A stretch of 64,000 nucleotides of DNA. Origin: Utricularia gibba. Lineage: Eukaryota > Plantae > Magnoliophyta. The stretch lies in the NCBI GenBank assembly GCA_002189035.1, contig CM007991.1:558001-622000 (forward strand), written 5' to 3'. The notes under the pieces are model-generated. The model saw nothing but the letters and a program-made list of their open reading frames with translations. It was not told the origin of the DNA and did no database searches. The translations under genes and the position numbers were made by a program. Position 1 is the first letter of the stretch. Every line of letters starts with the position of its first letter. This document shows, piece after piece, positions 51,794 to 64,000 of this stretch.

Positions 51794-53814
51794 ATGGCTC
51801 CGAGCAAGATAAGGAAGGCCATCGGCGCCGTAAAGGACCAAACCAGCATCGGACTCGCCAAAGTCGGAAGCAGCGCCTCGTTGGCGGACCTGGACGTGGC
51901 CATCGTGAAGGCCACGCGCCACGAAGAGTACCCGCCGGACGAGCGCCACATCCGGGAGATACTCTGCCTCACGACGTACTCCCGCGCCTTCATCGGCGCC
52001 TGCGTCTCCACCATATCGCGCCGCCTGAGCAAGACCAGGAATTGGGTGGTGGCTCTCAAGGCGCTTATGTTGGTCCAGCGTTTGCTGGCGGAGGGGGACC
52101 CGGCCTACGAACAGGAGATCTTCTTCGCCACGCGCCGGGGAACGCGCCTCCTCAACTTGTCCGATTTTCGGGACACCTCCGGGAGGTCGAATGCGTGGGA
52201 CTACTCGGCCTTCGTCAGGACGTTCGCCTTGTATTTGGATGAGCAGCTCGAGTTTAGAATGCAGCGGAGACAGGGAAGACGGTGCGGGTATTACCCCAAT
52301 CATGTGGAGGACGACGGTGACCCGACGACGGACATCGTCGTGCGGGAAACGACGCTGTTGCATGAACTCAAGATCGACGGCGTCTTCGCGAGAGCTCATC
52401 ACCTCATGCAACTTCTTGAGCGGTTCTTGGCATGCAGACCAACAGGTATGAGCTTATTCAGTACTCAGATTTCATGCACAATATCCCTAAAGCTTGCTTT
52501 TGTTGTAGGGGCTTCCAGGGAGAACAGGATCGTGTTCGTGGCTCTATATCCAGTCGTAAAGGAAAGCTTCCAGCTTGTTTATCACATAACCGAGATTCTG
52601 GGTGACCTGATCGATCGTTTCATGGAGCTCAATGTTCCCGAAATGGTCAGGGTTCATGAAATCTTCAGTCGAGTAGCCAAGCAGTACGACGAACTTGATT
52701 CTTTCTACAGTTGGTGCAAAGCCGTGGGAATCGCACGATCCTCTGAGTATCCGGATGTTGAGAAAATATCCCAGAAAAAGCTCGAGATGATTCATGAATA
52801 TATCCGAGAGAAATCCGCCATGAACGCAGCAGGGGTTCCTCAGTATGCTGTTGTTGACGATCCCAGGATGGAAGAGGTAAAGGGAGTTACTTTTTTAGTA
52901 CAAAGGTTCATGGAACTCGAGAATTCCTCTGATATCTGAATTGCCCCAATCACAGGATGATATGTTAGAGTAATACTATCCTGATTATGTTCTGCATTTG
53001 TTGAGATGAATCTTGGCTGAGATTTCAAGGATCTCAGATTTGACATTTAACTGCTGCGCCACTGTAGGTGGAGGAAGACTTGAATCATATCAAGGCGTTG
53101 CCGCCGCCGGAGGGATTTGAAGAGGAGAAAGAAGAAGATAAGCAAGTTAATGAGGATGGGGAGCAGGAGGAGGAAATCGAGGTGGTGGAGGAGAAGCCTA
53201 AGGAGCAAGACGTGGGGGACTTGTTGAATTTAGGACAAGACGCCCCGACGGAAGAGGAGCAGGGCGAGAAGCTAACCTTAGCGTTATTCGACGGCGCTCC
53301 AGCCACCGCCGCATCGGAGAGCAACACAGCTTCCCCATGGGATGCGTTCAAGGAGTCCTCCGATTGGGAATCTGCCTTGGTCCAATCCACCAGCCACTTG
53401 TCCAACCAAACAGCATCCCTTCCCGGCGGATTCACCACGCTAATGCTCGACGGAATGTATCAGCAAGCTACGGTCGCGCAAGCCGCGGCAGCGTCGGGCG
53501 TGGTCACCACCGGAAGTGCGAGCAGCGTGGCGTTTGGTTCCGCCGGGAGACCGGCGATGCTAGCGCTGCCTGCGCCGCCGTCAGCTGATGCTCCATCGGT
53601 GAACAGTGATCCCTTCGCGGCGTCGTTGGGAGTAGCGCCGCCCGCGTACGTGCAGATGTCGGAGATGGAGAAGAAGCAGAGGCTGATGGCGGAGGAGCAG
53701 TTGATGTGGCAGCAGTATGCGAGAGACGGCATGCAAGGGCAAGTTGCTTTCGCCAAGGCCCAACAGCATCTCTATTACACTCACAATGGAGGAGCGTTTA
53801 CCAGAATGTATTAA
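51794..53814 (+). CDS. ANTH/ENTH-domain clathrin assembly protein (PICALM-like), 3 exons
   Basis: MAPSKIRKAIGAVKDQTSIGLAKV, DVAIVKATRHEE, KTRNWVVALKAL, WDYSAFVRTFALYLDE, ALPPP, DPFAASLGVAPPAYVQMSEMEKKQRL. Confidence 0.93.
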
Positions 53815-54787
53815 TCTAGTCGATTTTTGTGTCCATTTAAATTACATGTTATATTTTAATATTCCAGTGTTTTTTTAATGTAAAATGCTGATTTTATCAT
53901 ATTTTTAATATTAGAGTTGTTAAAATATTTTTGCATTTTCAAATCAATTATTTCTATTTTTTATTATAATTAAAGTGATTATTTATTTATTTTTTCAGCC
54001 GACAAAGGGACAGTTGGGTGTCCGTCCACCTGTTTTCTCCTAACTTCCAACCGCTATTTCGGCTACAGAACAAGGCAACGTGACCTACACACTAAAAGTA
54101 CGAATTAGTAAACCTAACACTCACCGCATATATTAAGTTTTAATTAATTCTATATTGATAAAGTATAATATCATTCTTATTATCTCCAAAAATTTTATTT
54201 CAATTATATAATATGTATATTTTAGTAATATTGTAAATAAATCTAATTAAATGAAATTTCCTTAACTTTACAAAATAAATTTATAAAACGAATCCTAAAA
54301 TATTGCAATAAAAATGGTATAAATATAGTCGTAATCTTCCTAATTAAACGTCATACAAGAAATTAATCTCTTTTTTTTCTACCGACATGGAAAACTTCAT
54401 GGGTATATTATTTTGTGAATTTTTTTGAAATATAAATATGAATGAAATAGAAAAAATAAAGGGAATATCCAAATCAAGTGGCGTGGGGTGGCCTGGGAGA
54501 TATCGAAATCCAGCAAAATGTGAAGTTTATCTCCATCTTATTCTGAACGAGTGGAAATAAGCCGGAATGGCGATTAGCCGCCGCGTGCTAATTATTATTA
54601 AAAAAAAAAGAGAAAACAAAAACCTATTTTATATCGGCGGGGAGCTGGCAGGCCCAGCCTCTCTCTTCTCTCTCTCTTCTGTCTAGTGAGAGAACGAGGA
54701 AGAGCAGAGCACTGCGCGATTCAATCCCTCGTTGATCTCGATACATACGCTTCTCCGCCGCTGGATCTCTCCTGGTCCTGGCATTCG

Positions 54788-57700
54788 ATGAAGCTCAAGC
54801 CCTCGCCGCAGGCTACCGCCGCGAAGTCTCTCTCCTCATCGGACACGAGGTTGCTGGTCCGGGAGTCGCTGCGCATTAGTGCTAACCTCGCCTTAGCGCC
54901 CCCCGTTTCTACAGAGGTTTCCGAACAAGAACGGCGGTTTACTAAAGAGACGCGTTTAGGCGGAGTAATCGAGGATCAGTTTCTTGATTCGAGTTTGAGG
55001 TTGATTTGCTGCGAGGAGATCGGGGGTAGACGGTGGCAGTATTTTGCCGAGGGTAATAATGCGGTCAGGAGCGGTGATTCCAGGGCATTGAAGAACTCGA
55101 TTCGTGGTGTTAGTTTGCAGAATTCGCAGGCTCCTGTTGATGTCAGCTTCTTCTTTTTTATTCAATTCTTTTATCCTCATTTCATGCATTTTTCACAATA
55201 AAAAAGCAGCTTTACTGGGACGGTCGGAATGACTGAATTTGTTAAGGCCTCTATACATTTTAGAATCAAACGGGTTTTCCTTACTATAATACATTGTTCT
55301 TCTGATTATTTTTCTTTATTTGGAAGGCTTTTGGATCTATGAAGTAAATGATTAGATCAATGAAAATTCTATTCATGCTGAAAATGAACAACTTTTTCTT
55401 GTTTTGCATATATCAGGAGTTGATTGGATTTATAAGGTCTTATGTTGTGCCTGAAGGTTTCCCCCACAGTGTTGCACCTTCTTATGTGCCTTACATGACA
55501 TGGAGAGCATTGAAGGTATCAGACCTTTTAATCTTTTCACAATGGCACCTAAAGATCCATTGATGCAATTTATATGCCACCTGATTGCTCCTAAACCCTG
55601 CACTGATAACTGGTTTTTGGCCACAGCACTTCTTTGGAGGAGCGATGGGTGTGTTCACAACACAAACTCTCCTTAGCTCACTAGGGGTGTCAAGAAACAA
55701 CTCTGGTGCTAGTGCTGTCGCAATTAATTGGATTCTGAAGGCATACTCATTTGGGCATTGACTTTTTTATTATTTGTATTGTGTATGATCATGGCATTAG
55801 TTATGCATTATATTCCCTGGGGGGCAGCAGCTTTGGCTTTAAGTTGTAGACGGTGAATTAGGAAGAAACATACTCAATGTGTGGTGATCCGTGTGACAGG
55901 ATGGTGCTGGGCGTGTTGGGAAGATGATGTTTTCTCGGGAAGGAAGGAAATTTGATTATGATCTAAAGCAGGTAAATAAATTGTTCGATCTGCTTTCTCT
56001 TTAAGATAATATCTCTCAAGCAGATGCATGAGATCTCATACAAATCCGTTCAGCTTAGGTTTTCGGGTGATTTATTAATGGAGTTGGGGGCTGGTATTGA
56101 GTTGGCGACAGCAGCCTTTCCAAGCCTATTCCTTCCATTGGCATGCGCTGCCAATGTTGCTAAGGTCTTTTTCTATTTCTCTTTTCATAGATGGCAAGAT
56201 TCCCTATATTCACACTGTACCAATTGTAGAATGTCTCTGCTGTGACATCAACATCAACCCGCACCCCAATTTACAAAGCTTTTGCTAAAGGGGAAAACAT
56301 TGGAGATGTTACTGCAAAGGGAGAATGTGTTGGAAACATTGCAGATCTGGTATGTGAAGCATCAGTGTAACCATTTTTTATTTTAATTTTCTGTCAACCT
56401 TTTCTTATAAATGTGAATGTGTTTAGATAATATTGAAGCTTCGAGATTATAATTTACTCATTTCCTTATCCCATTCAGCATCATGATTTTTGTAATTCGT
56501 TGGTAATTGCGTACACTTTTATTGCATTACTCTTGTTGGTTTTTCTTGTTCAAGGCATGTTAGATGTTATGTTTGAAAAAACAAGGTAGTGTCTTATAGT
56601 CATTCCATTCTTAGCTTGAATGTGCAGACTGATTAATCTTGCTCCCAGCAGCATATCCCTCTGTCATGATTATATCCCTATGGGAATCTCCTCTGTTTCT
56701 AACCTTTGCTTGGTTATATTTGTTCTTTCTATTCCAATGTAAAAGCTACTTAAAAATTTAGCTGAAATAGGAAGAAGTTTGCTGGTAGTGTAACTCGCTT
56801 AGTTGCAATGCCATATTAAGCTAATTGCTTTTCTGAGGATTGAATATAACCTGGTTCTTCGATTGTGAAATATACAAATGTCATTGGTGTTAGGTTAGTT
56901 TACTTGAGGTATCACGGCTTTTATTAAGTTCGTCTAATCTGATCCTAAAAAATGATTAGCAACGTCAGTCGCTTTATCATCACTGCTTTGAGACGAAACT
57001 CATCATTGGAAATGTTCTTTGTTAAGCTTGGAACTGGGCTCAGTATAATGATTTCGAAAAGAAATCCATCACTGTTCACCACCTTTGCTCTCCTCTCATG
57101 TGGTTATCTAATGAGCTCATATCAAGAGGTTAGATGATGTGAATGGCTGGTTCCTCCCTCATTTCTCATGTTAAATTTTTTTCCAAATTATGATTTTTTT
57201 GTTTCAGGTGAGATCTGTTGTTCTGCATACACTAAATCGTGCAAGATTCACAGTTGCTGTGGAATCTTACCTAAAGACAGGTATGTAGAGAAAGCATATT
57301 TTCTGATTAGAAAACCCTTCATCTTCGCTCTTTGATCTCCGAGGGATTCCTATATATATATTCCAAAGGCTTTGATGAGATGTGGGTTTTTTCACTTATA
57401 ATTGTAACTTGCATGATTTGTTAACTTCATATACCCCTTGCCAAAAAAGTTTTATTTATGCCGAATGTAATAAATTTGTATTATGTGGAGGACATGGCTC
57501 TTCAGTTTTATTGTGTGGTCCAACTTTCAGGTCGAGTCCCAAGCTTGCTGGACGGAAACTTGAAAGAAAATATTTTCAGTCCACCGTGGAAGAAAAACAG
57601 ACCTATTGTTCTTGGTAATTTTCTTAATCTCTCTATTTTCATTTGCATGAAAGCATTTGAATTCCTACATCATGCGGGGGATTACGAAATGAAGCAGACT

Positions 57701-58485
57701 AGGGTTTTATAAAGCATCTCTAATTCTCTCGCTTTTTTTTCCAGGGCCAAGATTCAAAGATGCATTCCAAGACCCTAATTCTTATCTTGCTTTGAAGCCA
57801 ATTTTTGAGGTATTCTAATATTCTCACCTTCTAGTGTATTCTATGCGTGTAGTTGTACTTGGTTTCTTGTAATTAAGTAAAACAAAAAATGACTCGGCGC
57901 ATAGCTGATATATGTTTCTGGTTGCAGAAAGAGCAATACCTTGTAACTTACAATCCTTCAAAGGGAAATGTCTACGCACTGTTCAAGGATCAAGCCAAGT
58001 CCGATGATATATTGAAAGCTGCATTCCATGTAAGACTGCAACAATTGTGATCTGTGATCGTATTCTCCGTTAATGCATCTGGCTAAATGTACATTGCATT
58101 TGCAGGCTCATTTGCTCCTTCACACCATCTGTACATCCGACAAGAAGGAGAATTCATCTCCCAAACGAGAACACGACCTTTCAGGAATCAAACTATCACC
58201 TAGAGACATCCAAATCCGCATCGCAGAGTCGTACAAGATGGTCTCAGCCTTGTATGGATCTTTCACGGATAAAGCCAGGGATCAGGTAATGTGAATCAAC
58301 AATCACTTTAAACAAAAGTTCATCCAATTCTGTGATGCATATTCACAAAATCTTTTGTGGATACTTCACTCCCAGGCAGACAACTGCCCTCGTCACTGCT
58401 GACAGTTTTCTTTCCACAGGGATGGGTTATGTCTGAAGCATTACTTAATCCGGGAAAAGCTCGACTTTGTGAACTGGGTGGGTGA
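54788..58485 (+). CDS. RUS6: ROOT UVB SENSITIVE family (DUF647) protein, RUS6-like, multi-exon
   Basis: LRLICCEEIGGRRW, RSYVVPEGFP..YMTWRALK/HFFGGAMGVFTT, AINWILK/DGAGRVGK, TSTSTRTPIYKAFAKGENIGDV, LHTLNRARF, GWVMSEALLNPGKARLC. Confidence 0.88.
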
Positions 58486-58809
58486 TACAGACTCTGAGTC
58501 CAAAAGATTGCAGAGAAAGTTTGTGGTGGTTGCCCCGGCAGATCACCAACTCCGTCAAGCCTTTTCTTTTACAATTAAATCCGAAGAGATAGTCGGTACT
58601 TTACTTCGTGCTGCTGTTTAAGGTGTGTTGCAGAATAAGCAGATGCGGGAAAGCGATGTGTGTGGTTTGTGCCCTTGCTGCTCATTTCTTCTCTGGGTTC
58701 AGTCCAATTGGCAATTGCTAGTGTAGTGCAGTATTTGTATCTAAATAACTCTTGTTTTAAGTTAACAAAATAGCTGGAGTATTTTAACATTCATAAGAAC
58801 CAGGAGCAA

Positions 58810-58847
58810 GAGCCCAATGGCCAAAGCCCATGAGGATTGGCCCGTGA
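58810..58847. promoter_or_regulatory. Cluster of TCP site II-like elements upstream of RPL35
   Basis: AGCCCAAT, AAGCCCAT and TGGCCC within 40 bp, about 70-100 nt upstream of the RPL35 ATG; typical of plant ribosomal-protein promoters. Confidence 0.55.
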
Positions 58848-58914
58848 AACGATCCATAAACGAGGGATTAGGGCTCCCTCCCTCCCTTCGTCGCCTACGC
58901 GAATCGAGAAGGAA

Positions 58915-59438
58915 ATGGGTAAGTAACCGCTGATGTGCTGGCTGGTGATTCCGTCTGATTGTTTTGTTGTTTTGTTGTTTTGCAGCTCGGATCAAGGTCC
59001 ACGAGCTCCGGCAGAAGAACAAGGCGGAGCTTCTGACGCAGCTGAAAGATCTGAAGGCGGAGTTATCTCTTCTCCGGGTGGCGAAAGTCACCGGCGGCGC
59101 GCCTAACAAGCTCGCGAAAATCAAGGTGGTTAGGCTGTCGATTGCTCAGGTGCTCACCGTGATTTCGCAGAAGCAGAAAGGCGCTCTCAGGGAAGCGTAC
59201 AAGAACAAAAAGTACTTGCCTCTGGATCTCCGCCCTAAGAAAACGCGAGCCATTCGCCGCCGTCTCACCAAGCATCAGGTGCTCTTTCGAATTCTCTTCT
59301 ACGGTCTGTGAATACATGAAATTCACGGATTCTGATGAAATTCTATTGCTGTGGATATGCCAGGCATCTTTGAAGACGGAGAAGCAGAAAAAGAAGGAAA
59401 TGTATTTCCCTGTAAGAAAGTACGCTCTCAAGGTTTGA
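58915..59438 (+). CDS. RPL35: 60S ribosomal protein L35 (uL29), 3 exons (58915-58918, 58986-59277, 59364-59438)
   Basis: [89 protein letters not shown]. Confidence 0.97.
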
Positions 59439-60534
59439 GTTGTCATATGCTGATACAACCTTTGCTTCATTCAGCATTGTCTCAGACAGATGTTTTGTCA
59501 CAAAGGAATCTAGCTTGAGAACTCTAGCGCCGTAACTCCATCCTTCATATTTGTGCTTGGACTCCGTAGTTTGTAAAAACTAGAAGCACAGACAGGCACT
59601 TCTTGTGTAGTTGACAGTTCAAGGTCAGGTATCCTGATGTGTACCAAGCTTCAGTAGATAGATAGATGCAAATGGATTTTGCGTACCAAGCTTCAATAGA
59701 TTAGATTTTCTGATGGGTGCTGCATCCATAGCTCCATCCTAATCCAACACAGCCGCTCCCTCCCTGCTGCTTTTGGCGAATACGGTAAGAAGGGTTATTC
59801 TACTACCCAAATTCGATAAACTTTTGTATTTCTGATTCTTTTTTCGAAATGAAATCTTTTCCAAATTTTTCAAAAATTTGATCACCTTTTCTTAAATTTA
59901 TTCGAAAATTTGTTGTTTGAATCGTATTCGAAATTCATGTATCACTTGTGTGATGCGTGGAGGATGATTCTTTTTTCTGAACCTTTAACCATCCCAGTTG
60001 TGTAAAAATAAAATATAAAATAAATTAGTAAATGGCCACCTGTTTCTTACCATCTATCCCGGGAGGAGCAGGTAGTAGGAAAAATGTGATAAAAATGTTT
60101 AATTTGTTTGAATTAATAATTAAAATATTAATGATTAAATAAACTTAGCGGGTAGTTATCACCATGTAATCGAGTTTATTTTCTGAAAATTACGGTGAGG
60201 TTCGATCTATGGGGACTAAACAAAATGCTGTCGATCTTGATTTTATTTTAACCCTTGAAATAAAAGTAACGTAATTTATCATTCTTATATTAAATTATCT
60301 TACAAAGAGCAGATGCTTTTTTTTCTTTTTTGTTTTGATGGGCCGTGGCCCATATTACAGAATCAGAAGCTTTCGAATCCATGTTATAACCGGCGTATCG
60401 CTCCATACCGACTCAGGACTGTTCTCCGGCGGCGGCCTCGTATGCCGCGGAGTGTCTCTTTATCACAATCGCTGTATCTAGCTACTGCGTAGGGAGCTCT
60501 TCACTTTGTTTTGGTTTTGTTTCTAGGAGTATTA

Positions 60535-62697
60535 ATGGGGAAAAAAGAAAAGAGGGGGAAGAAAGTGAAAGAGGAAGAGTTCGTGGAGGGGGAAGAGGGT
60601 GGAGGAGGGAGTCAAGGTGTTGCCAACTCACAAGAATCGGAGCCAGTGTCAGTGCAAATTAAGGTAGTTCGAGATAATCCGGAGAAGAAGGCCGCTCCCT
60701 TGATTGGCTATTTTCCATCTGGGTATGATCCTCTCAAGCAAGAGAAAAAGTCGGGTGATTATAGAGCCAAGATTTACAGAAACGAGAATCGGAACCAAAA
60801 GAACCCTAGGATGCAGGTGGTGGTGGGTGTCTCTGGATGTGGTGTGAATATGGTAGGAACAAGTTATTCTGGAGAGGCGGCAATGCCCCAGTTGTGCAAC
60901 TATGCGCTTGGAGTTTTCGATAAAGAGACTGGGGTTTTGAAGATGGTTCCTATTGCTGCGAACAAGGTGACATTTTTACTTTCGGAACCCATTCATAATT
61001 TCCGTTGTTGGGATAAGCATTCTGATTGATTTTATAGTTTTGGACCAACAACTCCTCTGTATGGTTCTTGTCACTGGAATTAGGATGATGAAAATGCTGA
61101 GTACGGATTGGTGATAGATAGTTGGTAAAGATTATGCCATTCTTCATTCACATCTAGTGTACAAGTTTCATTTGACGACGTAATTGGTGTTGAAATTTGA
61201 TTAATAAATATAGGCAACGTGGACTATGGGGAAATGAGAACATGAGCGTGGTTTGTGTTCAATCTGTTTGGTTAGAATGTTCGGTGTTTCACGTGCTTTC
61301 TCAATGTAGATATTCAGGCTGGACCCAAGGTTTGATGAGTCAGAGCCAATTGAGGAGCCGGAGGATGATGAACTTGAAGATAAAGCTAAGGTGAAATTGA
61401 GTCGGAGTGATTTGAAGGATTTCTTGTCAAAGAAAGTTATTCGACGGGTATGCTTATCTTCAACCAGAACTCTATGTGCCATACATTAGTGTTTACTAGA
61501 AAATGATATGAAGCTGTGTTTTTCTCTCTTTCTTTATATAACTGAAAGGCTGACATGGAAATTTACTGGATAAGTTATCGTTCTTTGATCATACAAAAAT
61601 TATTTTCCAATGTAGGATACCTGCTTTTTCTATCACCCACCCTCGAGTCGAACTGGCCTTGGCCTGGTTTAGCCTTGCTTTCTTTTGTTAAATCATTCTC
61701 TAGGTGGTGCTTGAAATGTAGTTTGATTTTTGCTACCTGAGTTTGTTTTTTTACCAAACCAATGGCCAAGCCCAACCTAAGGGGGCAAGGATCTTTTTCC
61801 AGCTTGATTTGCATGGTCGCCTTGATGTTTAACTTGAACCCCCTGCGATAATGGATGTCAGGATGAGAAGTTCAAAATGTTACGCCAGGCAGAAAACTCT
61901 GAGATGCAGGGAGGGTTAAATGAGAATTTGGATGGCTTCGAGATCAACAACGAGGCTCTTGATGCTATTAAATCTACTGTTGATGCTACAGACCGTCCTC
62001 CATTTGATCTGGAGGCCCATAAGCTTGACAGGGCATATCCACTTGAAAAGATAATTCTGCAAGGGGAGTGGAATCATCTTTTAGATATTTTTAATAGTTT
62101 GCAAACTGGATCCGAGACGAGTTTTGAAAACTACCCCAGCTTTGTCCGCAATAGGATCCATAAGCTGAAAATCATAAAGGTGGGATTTTTCACAATTTTT
62201 AAACCTCATTGAAATGCTGTTGTTTGCTCCTCGCACTGATTTTGTATTTTTCTGGGTTCTAATCTTGCCTTTCCGAATCTTAGGATGAGTCAGAGAGGAA
62301 AAAGATGGCCGCAATATTGTCTTACATCAACCATCTCATCCAATACAAGGATAAACACTCCATTGATGGTGTCTCATCCGCAAAGCATCACGTTCTGCCA
62401 TCCATCTTTGCACACAAGTTTGCCTCCAAGTTTGGTGCTCCCTCAAATTCAAGGGGAGGGCTTCCAAAAGCCGAGCTTCTCATAAATTACGCCCTGGTGC
62501 TCTCCCTGTTTGTGGACGACTTCCAAACCAATCCATCTGACATCTGCAAGGATCTGAGGATGGATCTCGTGAAATTGCGGCACCATTATCAGTACTTGGG
62601 TTGCAAGTTCATCCAAGAGAACCGTGTTTCCTATGCAACCCTGAAGGTTCCCCTGCAATTCCCAGCTCCAAATCCAAAAAGGAAACGTCGAAGGTAG
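60535..62697 (+). CDS. RPA49: RNA polymerase I subunit RPA49 / A49-like, 4 exons
   Basis: PLIGYFPSGYDP, VGTSYSGEAA..CNYALGVFDKETGVLKMVP, PPFDLEAHKLDRAYPLEKII, LINYALVLSLFVDDFQTNPSDICKDLRM..HYQYLGCKF..ATLKVPLQFP. Confidence 0.85.
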
Positions 62698-63480
62698 CAT
62701 CAGATCTTTGCACTTTGGGTTGTTCCTTGATGATGAGTTCCTTAGCTTTCTGGATTCCTTTCATGTTGTTGTACTTCTCTTTTGTGTTTATGACCCGGTT
62801 GAAACACTGTTGTTGACCCGGCAGTGGTGGGTTCATGTAGCCGGTTTCGATCCGAGTCATGAGATCAGTTTTGATGCCATCTTGCCCTTGAAAAAACGTT
62901 AGACTACAGTTTTAATTAAATAAGTTTTAATGTATTTTTTATATGTATTACAAATATGTACGTTAAATATTATATTATTATAAATATATATTTATTAAAT
63001 TTATAATATTTGAAAAAAATGAGTAATAACGTTGTACCCAAGGCCTTTTTTTTTCAAGCAATTATTTTAGAAATGAATTGGTTTGGTAAATATTTATTAG
63101 TGGAATGATTATCTATTAGTTGGCGTAATGATTGGCGCTTGATCATTTCCGCCAAAAAATTTGAAGTGGGCGCGCCATTTTTCTCCTCCAACAGTGCAGC
63201 CCTAGAAATCGAACGGGCGCCGTGGTATCTCTTCCATTCCCCGAGTGTTAAGAAGCTCTGGAGCATTCATTTAACCCCAAACATTGGGAATGGCGTGTGC
63301 ATTGATTGTGGATGAGTGAGATGTGCAGTTGCTGAGTCTGCTGTATGTTCTTCCTTATCGAAGCTCATTTCTAATTTGGTGGTTGCTTAGGTGTTGATCA
63401 GAAGCCTTTATGTAACTACGTCAAGTAGAAGGTCCTTCAAAGAACATCCTGCGTCTGCCATCACGACTTGAGTAGGTGAA

Positions 63481-64000
63481 ATGGGATCTATGAAAACTGT
63501 TGAAGGTAATTTGTCGTTATCCTTGCATTTCGCTTTCTTTTAGCACGTTTCTTGTTACATTTCTGGGTTGAAATACTCGAGAATGTATGGTTGTGGCTTC
63601 AGTGGCGCCTTTGAGGTTTACTCTTGCTTAGGCAGGAGTTCAAAACGCATGTTGATAGAATAGATTTTGTGTGTGTGTGGAAAACATCCGGCACTTAATG
63701 CGTTCGATGGTGTCTCCTGAAAATTTGATAATTCTGTTAGCTAGATACGAAACTAGTTTAAACCATGCGGAACTTTGGTATCCTTTTCTAGGGACTAGAA
63801 GTAAGAGGACTAAAGAGGCCTCTGCAACTGAGAAGCCTGGTGATACTGATCAAGTACATCTTAAAAGGTCTTCTTCCCAGGTTGATCAAACTGTCTGTAA
63901 GAAAAGGCCCAAGCGAGCTGCTGCTTGTGTCAATTTTAGACAAAAACATACTCCCATAGCAGAAAAGGACTCCTTGATTGAAATAAAAAAAGACAAACTT
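63481..64000 (+). CDS. MET1: DNA (cytosine-5)-methyltransferase MET1, 5' end only (63481-63505, 63792 to window end)
   Basis: Spliced frame MGSMKTVE/GTRSKRTKE...KKRPKRAAACVNFRQK...IEIKKDKL carries the MET1 N-terminal signature RPKRAAAC..F(K/R).K. The gene is cut by the window edge. Confidence 0.7.

Noticed and set aside
54463-54470. P1BS-like GAATATCC upstream of RUS6
   Set aside because: A single degenerate 8-mer is expected by chance, and none was noticed in the LPR promoters where it would matter.
59640-59710. Duplicated ~24-nt motif GTACCAAGCTTCA(G/A)TAGAT downstream of RPL35
   Set aside because: A small local duplication in 3' flanking DNA with no structure suggesting function.

Overview
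A 64 kb window of a gene-dense eudicot nuclear genome (short introns, AT-rich spacers, about 19 protein-coding loci; BASL marks it as eudicot). Gene order: BASL(+), OBP4/Dof5.4-like(-), RRT-type O-fucosyltransferase-family glycosyltransferase(+, apparent 1-nt frameshift), mTERF10-like(-), P-class PPR(-), plastid NifU-like(-), LPR multicopper oxidase copy A(-), NEAP(+), X8/PDCB-like(-), TDY-type MAPK(-, nonsense codon in the APE motif), LPR copies B, C and D(+), VIT/CCC1-like iron transporter(+), ANTH clathrin assembly protein(+), RUS6(+), RPL35(+), RPA49(+) and the 5' end of MET1(+). Highlights: (1) four LPR1-type ferroxidase paralogues with intact copper ligands but a diverged Fe(II)-binding triad, next to a vacuolar iron transporter; (2) a complete, very young 5347-bp Ty1/copia element in LPR copy C, with apparently identical 390-bp LTRs, a CTGAT target-site duplication, a tRNA-Trp primer-binding site and a gag-pol ORF running about 73 codons into the 3' LTR; (3) a NifU-like gene whose stop lies 73 nt before the PPR ORF on the same strand. 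Exon models, alignments and homologue assignments were made by eye and from memory of the families; no searches were run.
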